From Hyaloraphidium curvatum SAG 235-1 (Eukaryota > Fungi > Monoblepharomycota): DNA of 64,000 nt. The notes under the pieces are model-generated. The model had not been told where the DNA came from. It did no database searches and saw only the letters and a program-made list of their open reading frames with translations. The position numbers and the translations under genes were made by a program. How positions within the stretch are numbered: position 1 is the first letter of the stretch; each line of letters begins with the position of its first letter. Where the stretch lies: positions 496,001-560,000 of the forward strand of contig JAIVFI010000017.1 of NCBI GenBank assembly GCA_025558095.1, written 5' to 3'. This document shows positions 48,734 through 60,376 of the stretch, in pieces.

Positions 48734-49343
48734 GCGCCGCTGGTCTGCGCGGGTGATGGGGGATTGGGGTCAACGGCGTCCACGGCGCTGCAACCGGAGG
48801 CTCCCCCACCGGTCAAGAAGAAGCGCCGGCGCTTTCCTTTATCAGGTCAACGCTCTCGATAGGCGCTGCTCCTTTCCGTGAACACGCCCGCTGCGTGACC
48901 GGACGACCGAAGGGGGAGTGGTCCCCCGCGATCCCACGGGGGAGCGGGCGCACGAAAGCTGGGCGGACGCCTGCGGGCAGGCGCGCCTTGCAGGGCACGG
49001 ACCCTCCTGGCGAGCGGTGCACGGGCGCGACCCCCAACCGCTTCCGGAGGCAGTAACCCGGGTTCGATTCGAGGAAGTCTGTCAGTCACGGTCGCACCAG
49101 CCCTTGACTGACTGATTTCGCACGTCCCCCAGACGGGCATATAACTGTCCGCAACGGCCTCATACGTGCCCCAGCAGATCAGTTCACCTTGCTGTCCAAC
49201 TAGTCAGCACCAGACGCTCATTAGCGCGCTCCACGCGTCGATCGCGCCCGACCCGCCAGCAAGTTCCCGGAGGGGCGGTGGAGGAAGGGAAACAGAAGCT
49301 CCGGTCGACACAGCAAATCACATAGAGCCACACTCATCGGTAT

Positions 49344-51303
49344 TCACAACATCTTCTTCGCCCACTCCTCGTAGACCTCCAGCCTCTCCCCCACCTCGAT
49401 CGGCCCTTTCGACCTCACCCTCTCCTCCCCCCACGGCTTCCTCTTCGCCTTGAGCAGCTTCCCCTCCAGGCCCCTCACCTGCGCGCACCGATCCAGCATC
49501 TCCCTCGCCAGCGCCTTGGGGTCCGCCGCCGCCGCCGCCGTCTCCCCCGCGCGCGGCTCGAGCTCCCTCTTCCCGACCCTGAAGAACGCCTTGCGCGGCT
49601 TCTCCGCCCGCGCCGATGGCAGAGTGCGGATCCATTCCACCAGCCTCGCCATGGCCTTCTTGCTCGCCGGGTGCGCCCTGGCCATCAGCTGGAACACGTG
49701 GATCTGGTCGTCGTAAACCTCGAGCGAGACGTCCTGCGCCGGCTCCGAGGCGAGCTTGAAGGCCAGGAGGGTGGACTGGCCCAGCACGCGCTCGGCGCCG
49801 CCGGCCTGGATGAGGATGGGGGGGAGGGAGGAGAGGGAGGGGTGGAAGAGGGGGGAGGCGTCTGCGCGGAGGCGGTGAGCGGCGAAAGATTGGGGCAAGC
49901 CGTGGAGCGTACAGGGATCTTCGAGCGCTTCGCGCTTGGTGCAGTAGATGTAGCTGCCGTTGGGATCGTCCTGGAGCCGTACCCGCGAGCGGGCGCCCAT
50001 GACGGCGTCGGGGTCGGAGGGGAGGTAGTCCTGCGGCGTCCACCATCAGTCGACCGCCCACCGCGGCAAGTCGGGAGGAAACCCACGTGGAAGCAGAGCT
50101 GGTTGTACGGGTCAGACAGGGTCAGGTCCGTCCAGGGGCTGATGAGCACGGCGCCGCCCGGCATGGGGAGGCCCTTGTCGCGAAGGTAGAGAAGACAGGC
50201 GGTGGACATGCCGCCTCCGGCCGCTGCGACGGGTGCGGGTCAGCGAGCCTTCCTGTTGTCGTCCTGTCGAGAAACCCACAGTCGCCCATGAGCACCACCT
50301 GCTCCGGCCGGAGCTTAGGGAGCGGCGACGAGCCGCGGGGATCGACCAGGGCCAGGTACGCCGAAATGCAGTCCAGCAGGCCCCGCGGGTACTTGTGCTC
50401 CGGGGCGAGCGCGTAGTCGACGGCGACGACCTTGCTTCGCAGGCCCAGGGCGACGCCCTGCGACGCCCAGCGATGGGACCTCGGCGAGCCGAGAAAGTAC
50501 GCGCCGCCGTGCAGGAGCAGGACGACCTTGTCCGAGGCCGGCTTCTCCGGCCCTACGTACTCGACCAGCTCGACCGAGACCTCCCCCGCCAGCACGCCCT
50601 TGTCCCCCTCGGGCAGCATCTCGGCGTGCCTCCGCGGCGCCGTGAGCGGGGTTATCCGCAGCTCCTTGGGCACCTTTGGCACGCCGGCGTCCATGGCCTT
50701 GCGGGTCAGCTTGATGTCGTCGAGCGTGGGCGGGCCCGTGCTGTTCTTGCCGCCGAGCACCTCCCGGAGCACGGCGACGGTGGCGGTTTCGGCAATGTTC
50801 CAGGTTTCGAGCTCGGGACCGCGGAGGATGTGCCGCGAGACGGCCTGCGGGTCAAGCCGTTAAGAGGGAGCGCTGGACACGGAGTCGGGCCTACACACCC
50901 GCAGCGCAACGCCGACAAGGTCGCCCCGGGACATGTGCTTCTTGTTGGTCCCTTTGCCGTGGCCGTGCACCGTCAGACTTGCGATGACAGGGAGCTCCTC
51001 GAGAGCGGGCTTCAGCGCATTGTCGGCCTGCTGCTCCGACGCCGCGGTGGCCTCCGACAGCTCGGAGGTGCTGTAGTTGCTGTCAAAGCTATCGAAGCGC
51101 TCGATGCGCGCCGCGGCGGGCGGCTGCAGCGCGGCCATGGCGGGCGCGGCGCGGAGGGAGGACGGCAGTGAGGAAGCGGCGGTTGCGGGTGCTGGCAGTT
51201 CTGCCGAGCCTCCGTCGGAGTCGTCTGTCGGCTCGCGCAGCCGCAGTGCCAAGCGGACGGCGTGACCCAACGCAGGCCACTTGGACTTTCGGATATCGTC
51301 CAT
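49344..51303 (-). CDS. HSL-family alpha/beta hydrolase (esterase/lipase), multi-exon
   Basis: [20 protein letters not shown]|[19 protein letters not shown]. Confidence 0.9.
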
Positions 51304-51761
51304 CTTGAGCGGGAACGGGAGCAGCGCTTTGACGGTCGGAGATCGCGAGAGCGCATCGTCATCGATCGTACGAGGTGCACAGAGGCCGATCCCAACCGCC
51401 GTCACAATGAAGACATGAGACGGCGTTGGTCATTGGTGATGCTCAGAACGTCAGACGATGAGTTGCAAGGCGGTCTGGGAGGCCTCTTCTCTGCAACTAC
51501 GGTGACAGCTAGCCCATCTACGTCCGGCACAGTCCATCCCTGCTCGAGGCCCTCGATAACATCCAAACCCATCGCATCTGCTCAATGAGCTCGACTTCGA
51601 GGCAGTTGAGGATGGCACTGAGTGCGTGGAGGCGTCCGGCCGAACTCGGGGCGCTATCAGCTTTGCCCCTGACGCGCAGGCCGAGACCCTGTCCTCCACC
51701 TCCACCTCCTGTCTGCCGCCCCCGGTCCGCCGCGCCTCTCCGCGCGACCGGCGCCGCGACG

Positions 51762-53385
51762 ATGCTGCCGCGCACCGCGCCCGTCGCGCGCGCCCTCTGC
51801 GCCGCGGTGCCCCGCGCCCTCCGCGCGCCGCCCGCGCTGCGGCGCGCCTACGCGTCCGTCGCGCCCGACGCCGAGAAGGTGCGGGGCGGACACGTCATCG
51901 TCACGGCGTCGTCTCACTCCCGTCGGAAGGTCTTCGAGATCGAGATGCCCGAGGGCACCTTCGCCTCGCACCTCGACTGCCCCATGCCGTCGCTCACCAC
52001 GCGCACCACAAAGTCCGAGTGCCTGGACATCTACGCGACCATGGTCGCCATCCGCCGCATCGAGACCGCCTCGGACGCCCTGTACAAGTCGCGCCTGATC
52101 CGCGGCTTCTGCCACCTGTCGACCGGACAGGAGGCCATCGCCGCAGGCATGGAGCGCGCCATCACGCGCAAGGACGCGATCATCACCGCTTACAGGTGCC
52201 ACGGGTTCATGTACACGCGGGGCGCGTCGCCGAAGGAGATCCTGGCGGAGCTCATGGGCAGGAAGGACGGCTGCAGCAAAGGCAAAGGTGGGACGCTCCG
52301 GCGACCCGTCTTGGCGTCGCTGACGAACAGCCGACAACTCCAAGGCGGCTCGATGCACATGTACGTCATTCCCAACAACTTCTACGGCGGGAACGGCATC
52401 GTCGGCGCCCAGATCCCGCTCGGCGCCGGCATCGCCTTCGCGCAGAAGTACCGCGGCGAGAAGACCATGACCTTTTCGCTCTACGGCGACGGCGCGGCCA
52501 ACCAGGGCCAGGCGTTCGAGGCCTACAACATGTTCGTGTCGCTGCCGCCCCCTCCTGTGGCCGGACCCTGACCCCACCCCGGCAGGGCCAAGCTGTGGAA
52601 GCTCCCCATCGCTTTCGTCTGCGAGAACAACATGTACGGCATGGGCACGCGGCAGGACCGCGCGGCCGCCAACACCAAGTTCTACACCCGCTGCGAGTAC
52701 ATCCCCGGCATCCGCGTCAACGGCATGGACGTGTTTGCGGTGCGGGACGCGTGCGCGATGGCAAAGGAGTGGACGGCGGCGGGCAACGGGCCGCTGCTGA
52801 TGGAGTTTGTCACCTACCGGTGTGTTGGCTCATCGCCTTGCTCCTGCGGGCCGTGCTGACCCCCTCTCCCCTCCCCACCTCTTTCGGACCTCCCTCTCCC
52901 TTTCAGCTACGGCGGCCACTCCATGTCCGACCCCGGAACGACGTACCGCTCGCGCGAGGAGATCCAGTATATGCGCTCGACCAACGACCCCATCCGCGGG
53001 CTGCAGAAGCGCCTGCTCGAGGGCAACATCGCGTCGGAGGAGGAGATGAAGGCGATCGAGGCGAGGGTGCGGAAGGAGGTGGACCAGGTCGGTTCCCCCG
53101 GCGCGCTTGATGTCCTTCCGGAGCTGATCACGGCGGCCGGTACTGGGACCGACAGCAACTCGAGGAGGCGAAGCAGAGCCCCGAGCCGCCCATGTCGGAG
53201 CTCTTCGCGGACGTATACACTAAAGGCAAGGAGATTCCCGTCATGCGAGGGTGCGACCCGGAGGATTTGCACTACTTTGGCGCCCAGAAGTGTGAGTTGG
53301 CGGCTTTTGGGGTGTCGGACGCATTTCGCGCTGACTAGGCACCCCAGGAACCACGCCGAGCTCCAGAACAACATCGCGCCGTTGA
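51762..53385 (+). CDS. PDA1: Pyruvate dehydrogenase E1 alpha subunit, multi-exon (3' end approximate)
   Basis: IRGFCHL, TAYRCH, GKG|[13 protein letters not shown] (ThDP motif), YR|[14 protein letters not shown]. Mitochondrial presequence. Confidence 0.96.
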
Positions 53386-53702
53386 CAAATTGCGGAAGCG
53401 GGGCGGGAATCGTTGGAATACAATGCCATTCTTCTTCGTATGGCGGACACGGGCCAGGGACGCCGATTCCGGATGGCGACGCGGCGTGACTTGGTCGCCA
53501 CCTCACTCCTCTTGGCGGAACAGCTCCGTATGAGGGGATGAGAAGACGTCTAATCATCAAAATGGCCGATCCGTCAAAGCAGAATTGAGATCAAGCTCTT
53601 CATCTGCACTACTATGGTTCGCTCCGTCGCCCAGCCAGTACCAACGCTGATGCTGCGCGCGAAGAGACGGGCCATCTAATCTGCGAGGCCTTGCGAAGCG
53701 TC

Positions 53703-54189
53703 CTATCCGCGGCAAGCCGCCTCGATGGCGGCGACGTCGATCTTCTGCATCTTCAGCATCGCCTCGGAAGCCCGCTTGGCCGCCGCCCGGTCGGAGCCGT
53801 TCAGAGCCTCCGTGAGGGCGACCGGGACGAACTGCCACGACACGCCCCACTTGTCCTTGCACCAGCCGCACACGCTTTCCGAGCCTCCGTTGCCGACGAT
53901 CGCGTCCCAGTACCGGTCCGTCTCGGCCTGGTCCGCCGTGGCGACCTGGAACGAGAACGCCTCGGTCTGCGGGAACTGCGGGCCGCCGTTGATCCCGAGG
54001 CAGCGCACGCCCATGACGGTGAACTCGACGGTCAGGAGGGTCGCCTTCCTTGCCCGACGGGTTGTCGCTCGCGGCGCGGTGCGCGGCTCCGACGGAGGAA
54101 TCGGGGAAGGTCGCGGCGTAGAAGCGAGCGGCCTCCTCGGCGCCGCGGTCGAACCACAGGCAGACGGCGTTCTTCGCCGGCTTCGTCAT
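53703..54189 (-). pseudogene. Second VOC/PhnB-like gene, intronless, with a single extra base at ~54038-54040
   Basis: KNAVCLWFD..PSGKEGD, then GAC-C-CTC-CTG-ACC shifts frame. The continuation reads LTVEFTVMG..NGGP..EAFSFQV..CGWCKDKWGVSWQ..KMQKIDVA. Confidence 0.75.
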
Positions 54190-55022
54190 CGCGCTCTTTC
54201 TCGTCTCGTGGAAGCCTATCCGGCGTCACGGAACAAGGAGAGGCAGGGAGAAATGGAATCGGCGCAAACCGAATGCGCCGGATGCGGATGGATGACTCGA
54301 CTCGACCGGATGCTCTCAAGTTTCCGCGCGCTGCAAACGAACTGTTTGAGCTCTGAAATAAGGAGCGCAACTTGGCAACTTGGTTTCGCGGACACAAACT
54401 TTCTCGGCATCGTACCGTTCCTCTCTTGGACTTGACTGCGGCCCCGCTGCGCGTCCTCCACCGTGGTCTTTGGACTGCCGAATCTCTTCAAGCGCTCTAC
54501 CGGGGGACCTCGCTTCCCCGGGTTTTGCCGGAAGCCCTCGACGCGGCTTTTGGCCGAGGCGGCCGGGCGTGCTCCAGACCGCGCTCCGCTGCGTAGTGTC
54601 CAGCGAGCCGCTGGATCCCCCCCGCCACGCCCCCCCCCGACGGTCGCCTTTCTGGGCCTGGGCGACCCGAAAGGATGGAGAATTGGAATGCTGCATGGAA
54701 AACGACCTCGATCATCCGCCGCGTCAGCAGGGTCTTCATGCCGCACCGCGCGTGCCATTTCGCGCTCGGGCGGCCTGTCACTGGCGTCGACCCCCATCCG
54801 AAACGGCTCACCCACCATCTCGATCTCCCGATTGCGGTGATGGTGAGAGGCCAGGCTCCCTTCAACTAGCCGTGGCCTGATTGTGACGTAATAGGGCAGC
54901 GGCCGATCGAAGGGACAAAGCACAGCAGTCACGGCGGGAACTCCTTTCCCTCGGCGGGACCTTGCGTCGGCCGGCGGCCGCCGCAGCGGCTTCCAAGGAC
55001 CGTGCACCACGACCGCGGCAGC

Positions 55023-57215
55023 ATGGCGACGGAGCTGACGGCGGAGCAGCGGGCGGCGTGCCTCGAGGCGGCGTGGGTCACCGTGCCCGAGGGGCACATC
55101 ATCCAGCGCCGATTTTTCGACGCGGCGCACGGCGGCGGGGCGGTGGACGCGCGAATCGCGGCGGTGTACCGCGAGCCGGTGTTTTCGCGTGCGCTCGAGT
55201 TCTGCGGCGCGCGGCTGCGGCTCGACCTCGGCGGGGGCGCGGCGGAGGAGGCCATCGAGGCCGCGGCCGAGCGCGCGTACGCGGCCGCCGCGGCCGAGGG
55301 GCTCTCCGCGCGGGGCGCCGACGCGCACGGCCCGGAGCGCATTTCCACGCTGTGGGCCGTCTTCGCCGTGGCCGGCTGGTGTTCGCATACGATGGGCCGC
55401 GTGGATGCCGCTCGTGCCGGCGCCCGTCGCGTGGCCCGCGTGCTGCGGCAGTCGGGCATGCCGGCCCCGCCCGCGCCCAGCGCCTCGCTCGACGACCTGT
55501 ACTTCCGGGGGCTCTGGTACGACCTGCTCGCCAGCGTCGTGCACCTCGAGATGAGGCTCGCCTCTGCCGTCGACGGCATGCGCCCCTCCATCGACCCGCC
55601 GCGCGACTTTCCCGGCGTGCCGCTGATCACCACGACGCGCTGGCTAGCCGAGGCCATCACCGACCCGCGCCACGTGCCCGGCGCCCCGCCGCCGCCGCAC
55701 CTGGCCGCCGCCGTGCAGAACCTGTGGGCTTCGTCTCGCGCCGCCCTGGGGTGGCTCGACCCGGAACTGGACCCGCCGGTGCCGCACCGGGTTCGTGACG
55801 CCTTTGCCGGCGTGCTGGGCCTTTTCGACGTCTACAGCCTGTCCGACATCCTCCTCGTCAACTCCTACTTTGCATTCAAGACCGGCGAGTTCCGCAGGTG
55901 GATCCGCGCCGAGGCCGGTTTGTCGCTGCTGGACCTCATCGTGGCCGAAGAGACGCCGCACGAGCCGAACGTCGTCTTCCGCGCCGCGTCGTACTCCAAC
56001 CCGGGCGCCATTGCGGAGGCCGAGCGCCGCAGGATCTTCCTCCTCGAAGCCGCCGCGGCCTTGAGGGCGCAGTTCCCGCCCAGCCTGCTTGCGGCCTTCC
56101 GATCGGGGGATCTCGATTCCGTGCTGGCCGCCGAGCCGTGGCTGGATCGGGGCCCGCAGTTCCAGTCCGTGTTGATCATAACGCTCTTGGACCTTGCACG
56201 CGTTGAGCTGCTGCTCGTTGCTCCCGATCTGCTCGAGGACCCGGACGACGAGGGCCACCTGAGCGACGACGAGGATGACGGGGATGGTTGGGGAGGCCGC
56301 GATGTCGCAAGCGGCGGATACACGCACGGCGACCCGATCGCGGCCGGCCGGGTCGACTCTGGGGTCGTCGCGGACCACGATCATTTCGAGCCCCGCGCGG
56401 AACATCCCTGGCAGTCTGCCGTATCCTGGGACGACGTCTGCTCCGCCGATCCGGGCACGGATTCTGCTCCTATCACTGCGGCGCCCCTGTCGTGCAGCCA
56501 GTCGCCCCTCGGTGCGGCCTCCAACGACAGCGCCCTCCACCGCTACTTCTTCACGCCCGCCTTCTCCCGCGCCGCCTCCATCGCCGCCGACATCTCCTCC
56601 CTGTCCCGCATCCTCCTCTCGCGGTTCGCCGACCGCCTCGGAACCGAGATCTACACCACCTTTGCCTGCCACGCCGCCGCCCACGCGGCCTGGATCTTTG
56701 TCCTCCTCCTCAAGCGCGTCCGCCGCATCGCCGCGGACGCGCACCACGCCGACGCCGCCCGCGCCCCGGGGCTGCACGGCACCCTGCTCTCCCACCTGCG
56801 CAACTGCCTCGACCTGCTCTCGGCGTCGGGCAAGGCCGCGCACAGGGAGACGGGCATGCACCTCGCGGCCTTTGCGGATGCTGACCCCGCCGCGCCGCGG
56901 GACTTGCGCCGCGCGCGGGCGGCGGCCTCCGGCGCCCCCGCGGCGTCGTGCAGGCATGCGAGGGGGGATCCGAGCGCCAGGGGGTTCTGCTGGGAGTGCA
57001 CGGCGGCCAGGGCGAGGAGGGGGTCGGAGGAGAGGGTGGAGGCGGACCCGCTGGCGAGGCTGGGAGCGGGGGGGAGGAGGGTGAGGTTCGCGGAGGGGGT
57101 GGAGGTGGGGGAGACGTGGGGCAAGGACGAGTACCAGAGGTCGAGGCACGAGGAGGGGGTGCTGGATCCGAGGAGGGTGCTTGTGGGCTTGATGGGGCAG
57201 CTGGGCGTGTCGTGA
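55023..57215 (+). CDS. Uncharacterised helical protein, intronless, with a C-terminal PP1-docking-like motif
   Basis: ~730-aa ORF with coding-type codon bias. RRVRFAEGVEVGETWGKDEYQR near the C-terminus. Confidence 0.65.
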   Translation: MATELTAEQRAACLEAAWVTVPEGHIIQRRFFDAAHGGGAVDARIAAVYREPVFSRALEFCGARLRLDLGGGAAEEAIEAAAERAYAAAAAEGLSARGADAHGPERISTLWAVFAVAGWCSHTMGRVDAARAGARRVARVLRQSGMPAPPAPSASLDDLYFRGLWYDLLASVVHLEMRLASAVDGMRPSIDPPRDFPGVPLITTTRWLAEAITDPRHVPGAPPPPHLAAAVQNLWASSRAALGWLDPELDPPVPHRVRDAFAGVLGLFDVYSLSDILLVNSYFAFKTGEFRRWIRAEAGLSLLDLIVAEETPHEPNVVFRAASYSNPGAIAEAERRRIFLLEAAAALRAQFPPSLLAAFRSGDLDSVLAAEPWLDRGPQFQSVLIITLLDLARVELLLVAPDLLEDPDDEGHLSDDEDDGDGWGGRDVASGGYTHGDPIAAGRVDSGVVADHDHFEPRAEHPWQSAVSWDDVCSADPGTDSAPITAAPLSCSQSPLGAASNDSALHRYFFTPAFSRAASIAADISSLSRILLSRFADRLGTEIYTTFACHAAAHAAWIFVLLLKRVRRIAADAHHADAARAPGLHGTLLSHLRNCLDLLSASGKAAHRETGMHLAAFADADPAAPRDLRRARAAASGAPAASCRHARGDPSARGFCWECTAARARRGSEERVEADPLARLGAGGRRVRFAEGVEVGETWGKDEYQRSRHEEGVLDPRRVLVGLMGQLGVS
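55444..55947 (+). repeat. Donor copy of a 504-bp duplication
   Basis: Matches 59508-60011 (offset 4064). Only 3 mismatches seen, all in the first ~40 bp. Confidence 0.95.
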
Positions 57216-57421
57216 CTTGAATCGATCGGTCCCTTGGAGGCCGCAGCATGGATGTACAAGTAGTCGCTTTCGTTGTACATCACGCAGGGACAATGAATGT
57301 GTTCGTTCTTCATTTTCCAGGAGGATTTCGTTGCGAAATGTAGGAACTGGTTGTTTCGAGGTAGTCGACCTCCCAGTGTCGACTCGACGCCTCAATCCAA
57401 ACAACCAAAACTTCGAACACA

Positions 57422-58663
57422 ATGGCTTCCTCAGTCGCCAACGGGCCTGCCGTCGCAGAAGCGTCCGCCTCCTTTGCAGAGCAGGACATCGCCAACGCTT
57501 GCGCCTGCGTCGGAGACGCCCCGACTCAGTCCGTGGAGAACGTCGCCGCCTGGAGCCGCTTCGACCGAAAAGGACTCGTAGCTGCCTTTGCTGGCCACCT
57601 GGAGAAGTTTGCCGGCGCCTACATCCCGTACCTGGATGCGACGGCGTCGCCCACCCCGCGCCGGGCGCCCTTCCCGCTCGACCTGACCGAGCCCCTACTC
57701 GACGCGTCCCTCCTCCTCCAGTGGACCCACATCAGCGACCTGGTCGCCATATGCTTGCATTCGCCTCCCAACCGGCAGTGGGCCGCGTTTTTCCCGGATG
57801 GGAGGGCGCCGCCGCTGCGCCCGCCCGCCAAGATGATCTCTGAGCTGGCGCTCGACCTCTTCCGCGCGGGCTTCCCCGTCCTCAGGCGCACGATCGGGGT
57901 CTTTTCCGACGTGGACAGGATGATGAACTGGGGCGGCGAGGAGGAGCCTTTCGGCAACGCGGCGTACGAGGCGGCGTTCACTGTCCCCGCCATCCTGGCG
58001 GCCCACGTGCTCTTTGAGCTGGCCATGGCGTCGGCACCGGTCAGGAAGCGCCTGTCGGACGATCCGGAGCTGCTGATTGCGTTGATGAGGGGATCGACGG
58101 CAGCGTGCCGCGGGGGCTGGGATGCTTGCCAGGAGCTGCTTGATGGCTGGTCCGCCGTGACGATCCTCAAGCCTTTCACCTACGGTCTCGTGCTCGTCCT
58201 CGGGGAAAGCACCAAGGCGTACAAGAGCTACATGACCGGCGCGGCAGGCGTGGTCATGGCGATCCTCAGCTCCGACATGGTGCACGTCTTCTTCCAAGGG
58301 CTCCGCAAGGAAGGCAACTTGATCGTGGACGGCTTCGTCGTTTACCACATGCTCAAGCCGGGACAAGCTGCGCGCGATTTCGAGACGGTCAAGGCCGCAG
58401 GCAGAGGGAAGAATCTGGGCAAGCTGGACGACGTCATCGCGAGCTACCGAAAGGCCTTCGCCAAGCCCCGGGGCGCGGTGCGCGACGCGTGCGACCACTG
58501 CGGGGCCAACGGCAAGATTAAGCGCTGCTCGCGGTGCGGCGTCGCGAGATACTGCGGGGCCGAGTGCCAGCGGGCGGCGTGGAAGGAGCACAAGAAGGCG
58601 TGCGTGCCCAGGCACCAGATCACGTGCACGTGCCACGAGTGTGGGGAGAAGCAGCGGGATTGA
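57422..58663 (+). CDS. MYND zinc finger protein, intronless
   Basis: CDHC..KRCSRCGVARYCGAECQRAAWKEHKKAC. Confidence 0.9.
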   Translation: MASSVANGPAVAEASASFAEQDIANACACVGDAPTQSVENVAAWSRFDRKGLVAAFAGHLEKFAGAYIPYLDATASPTPRRAPFPLDLTEPLLDASLLLQWTHISDLVAICLHSPPNRQWAAFFPDGRAPPLRPPAKMISELALDLFRAGFPVLRRTIGVFSDVDRMMNWGGEEEPFGNAAYEAAFTVPAILAAHVLFELAMASAPVRKRLSDDPELLIALMRGSTAACRGGWDACQELLDGWSAVTILKPFTYGLVLVLGESTKAYKSYMTGAAGVVMAILSSDMVHVFFQGLRKEGNLIVDGFVVYHMLKPGQAARDFETVKAAGRGKNLGKLDDVIASYRKAFAKPRGAVRDACDHCGANGKIKRCSRCGVARYCGAECQRAAWKEHKKACVPRHQITCTCHECGEKQRD

Positions 58664-58954
58664 TCCATTTCTGCCTGCCGTGCTAAAGCAGCCGGGGGAT
58701 GGAGGGGACTCATTCTGCGAAGACGCCAGAGTGTGCCGATCGCCAAGGTGATTGCGACTGAAATTGGCCCCGGGTGCCAGTGAAGTGTCGGTTTTCGCAA
58801 AAGTCTTTTCATTTTCTGTTGTATCAGAATGGAATGAATTCGCCAGATGCCCTGCTTCCTACGCTCGCGCAGTCCGCGGGGTCCGTTCGGGGCGTCCGTC
58901 TCGGCCGCCATGTCTGTCGCACCAACGATTGTACCCCGCCGCCGACACCCAACC

Positions 58955-60283
58955 ATGCCGCCTCGCGCCGCTCAGAAGTCTTCCGTCCACGGACAAGCAT
59001 CATCTCCAGTGCCCGCTGCCGCGTCCGGCGGTGCTGCCGTGGCCGCCGCGGACGCCCACGCGAGAGCGCGCGAGTCACCCGAAAACGTCGCCGCGTACTC
59101 GAAGCTGGACCGCGAGGCCACGATCTCCTGCTTCGCGAGGCACATGGACGCGTTCAAAGTCCTACTTGCACATTCCTGGACGCGGCTGGGGCGCCTTCGC
59201 CGGGCCTTGCGCCTCCGCAGATGGCACAGGACCACCTGCACCTGGCATGCGTCGCGGAGTTCTTCGCGTCCAACTTGTCGGATTCCGCAGTCGCCCGGTA
59301 CTCCGCGTCGGGGCTCGTGCAGGACTTCTTCCCCGGTGGCAGCGTGCCGCGCCACGCCACGCCCGCCGCGCTACGCGCGGACCTGGCTTTCGCGATGTTC
59401 AAGAAGTGTTACCGCGCCCTACGCCCAGCGATCGTCACATTCACGGACTGCAAGCGGCTCATGGCATGGAATGCAGATCAGGAGGGGTCCTTTCGCACCG
59501 CATTCGTTGCGGCAGTCGTGCATGCCGGCCCCGCCCGCGCCTGGCGCCTCGCTCGACGACCTGTACTTCCGGGGGCTCTGGTACGACCTGCTCGCCAGCG
59601 TCGTGCACCTCGAGATGAGGCTCGCCTCTGCCGTCGACGGCATGCGCCCCTCCATCGACCCGCCGCGCGACTTTCCCGGCGTGCCGCTGATCACCACGAC
59701 GCGCTGGCTAGCCGAGGCCATCACCGACCCGCGCCACGTGCCCGGCGCCCCGCCGCCGCCGCACCTGGCCGCCGCCGTGCAGAACCTGTGGGCTTCGTCT
59801 CGCGCCGCCCTGGGGTGGCTCGACCCGGAACTGGACCCGCCGGTGCCGCACCGGGTTCGTGACGCCTTTGCCGGCGTGCTGGGCCTTTTCGACGTCTACA
59901 GCCTGTCCGACATCCTCCTCGTCAACTCCTACTTTGCATTCAAGACCGGCGAGTTCCGCAGGTGGATCCGCGCCGAGGCCGGTTTGTCGCTGCTGGACCT
60001 CATCGTGGCCGCCGCATTCGACTCGGCCTTCCTGCCCGCTGCGCTCGCCGCCGTCCTCGCAGTCGAGAACCTAGCGACCTCGTACGCGCCGGTTCGGAAG
60101 CGGATGGGAGACGACCCGGACTTGCTTGCATCCTTCCCTGCGCCTCGAGCAGGGGCCGCCGTCCTCGTAAGCCACTCACCGACCGACCCATCCTTCCCGA
60201 CCAATCGCCGTGCGGGACTCGGTCGGTGCCCGCTGTTTCAGTGCTGTCTCACGGTCCCGTCTGTCGGCGGCAGAGCACATTGA
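58955..60283 (+). pseudogene. Disrupted or chimeric paralog of the MYND gene, lacking the MYND finger
   Basis: ENVAAYSKLDR vs ENVAAWSRFDR, FFPGG vs FFPDG, APVRKRMGDDPDLL vs APVRKRLSDDPELL. Interrupted by the inserted segment. Confidence 0.75.
59507..60011 (+). repeat. Inserted copy of 55444-55947 flanked by the 9-bp direct repeat CCGCATTCG (59498-59506, 60012-60020)
   Basis: Direct sequence comparison. Confidence 0.93.
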
Positions 60284-60376
60284 CAGAGTGCCCAGAAAAG
60301 ATAAGCACCAGGAGGCATCCCGTGCGGGGCTTCGGCGGTAAATCCCTCTTCTGCTTGTATTCTGAACGCAGACGAG

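Noticed and set aside
49055-49075. GGTTCGATTC tRNA T-loop/B-box-like motif
   Set aside because: No T-stem or cloverleaf pairing surrounds it.
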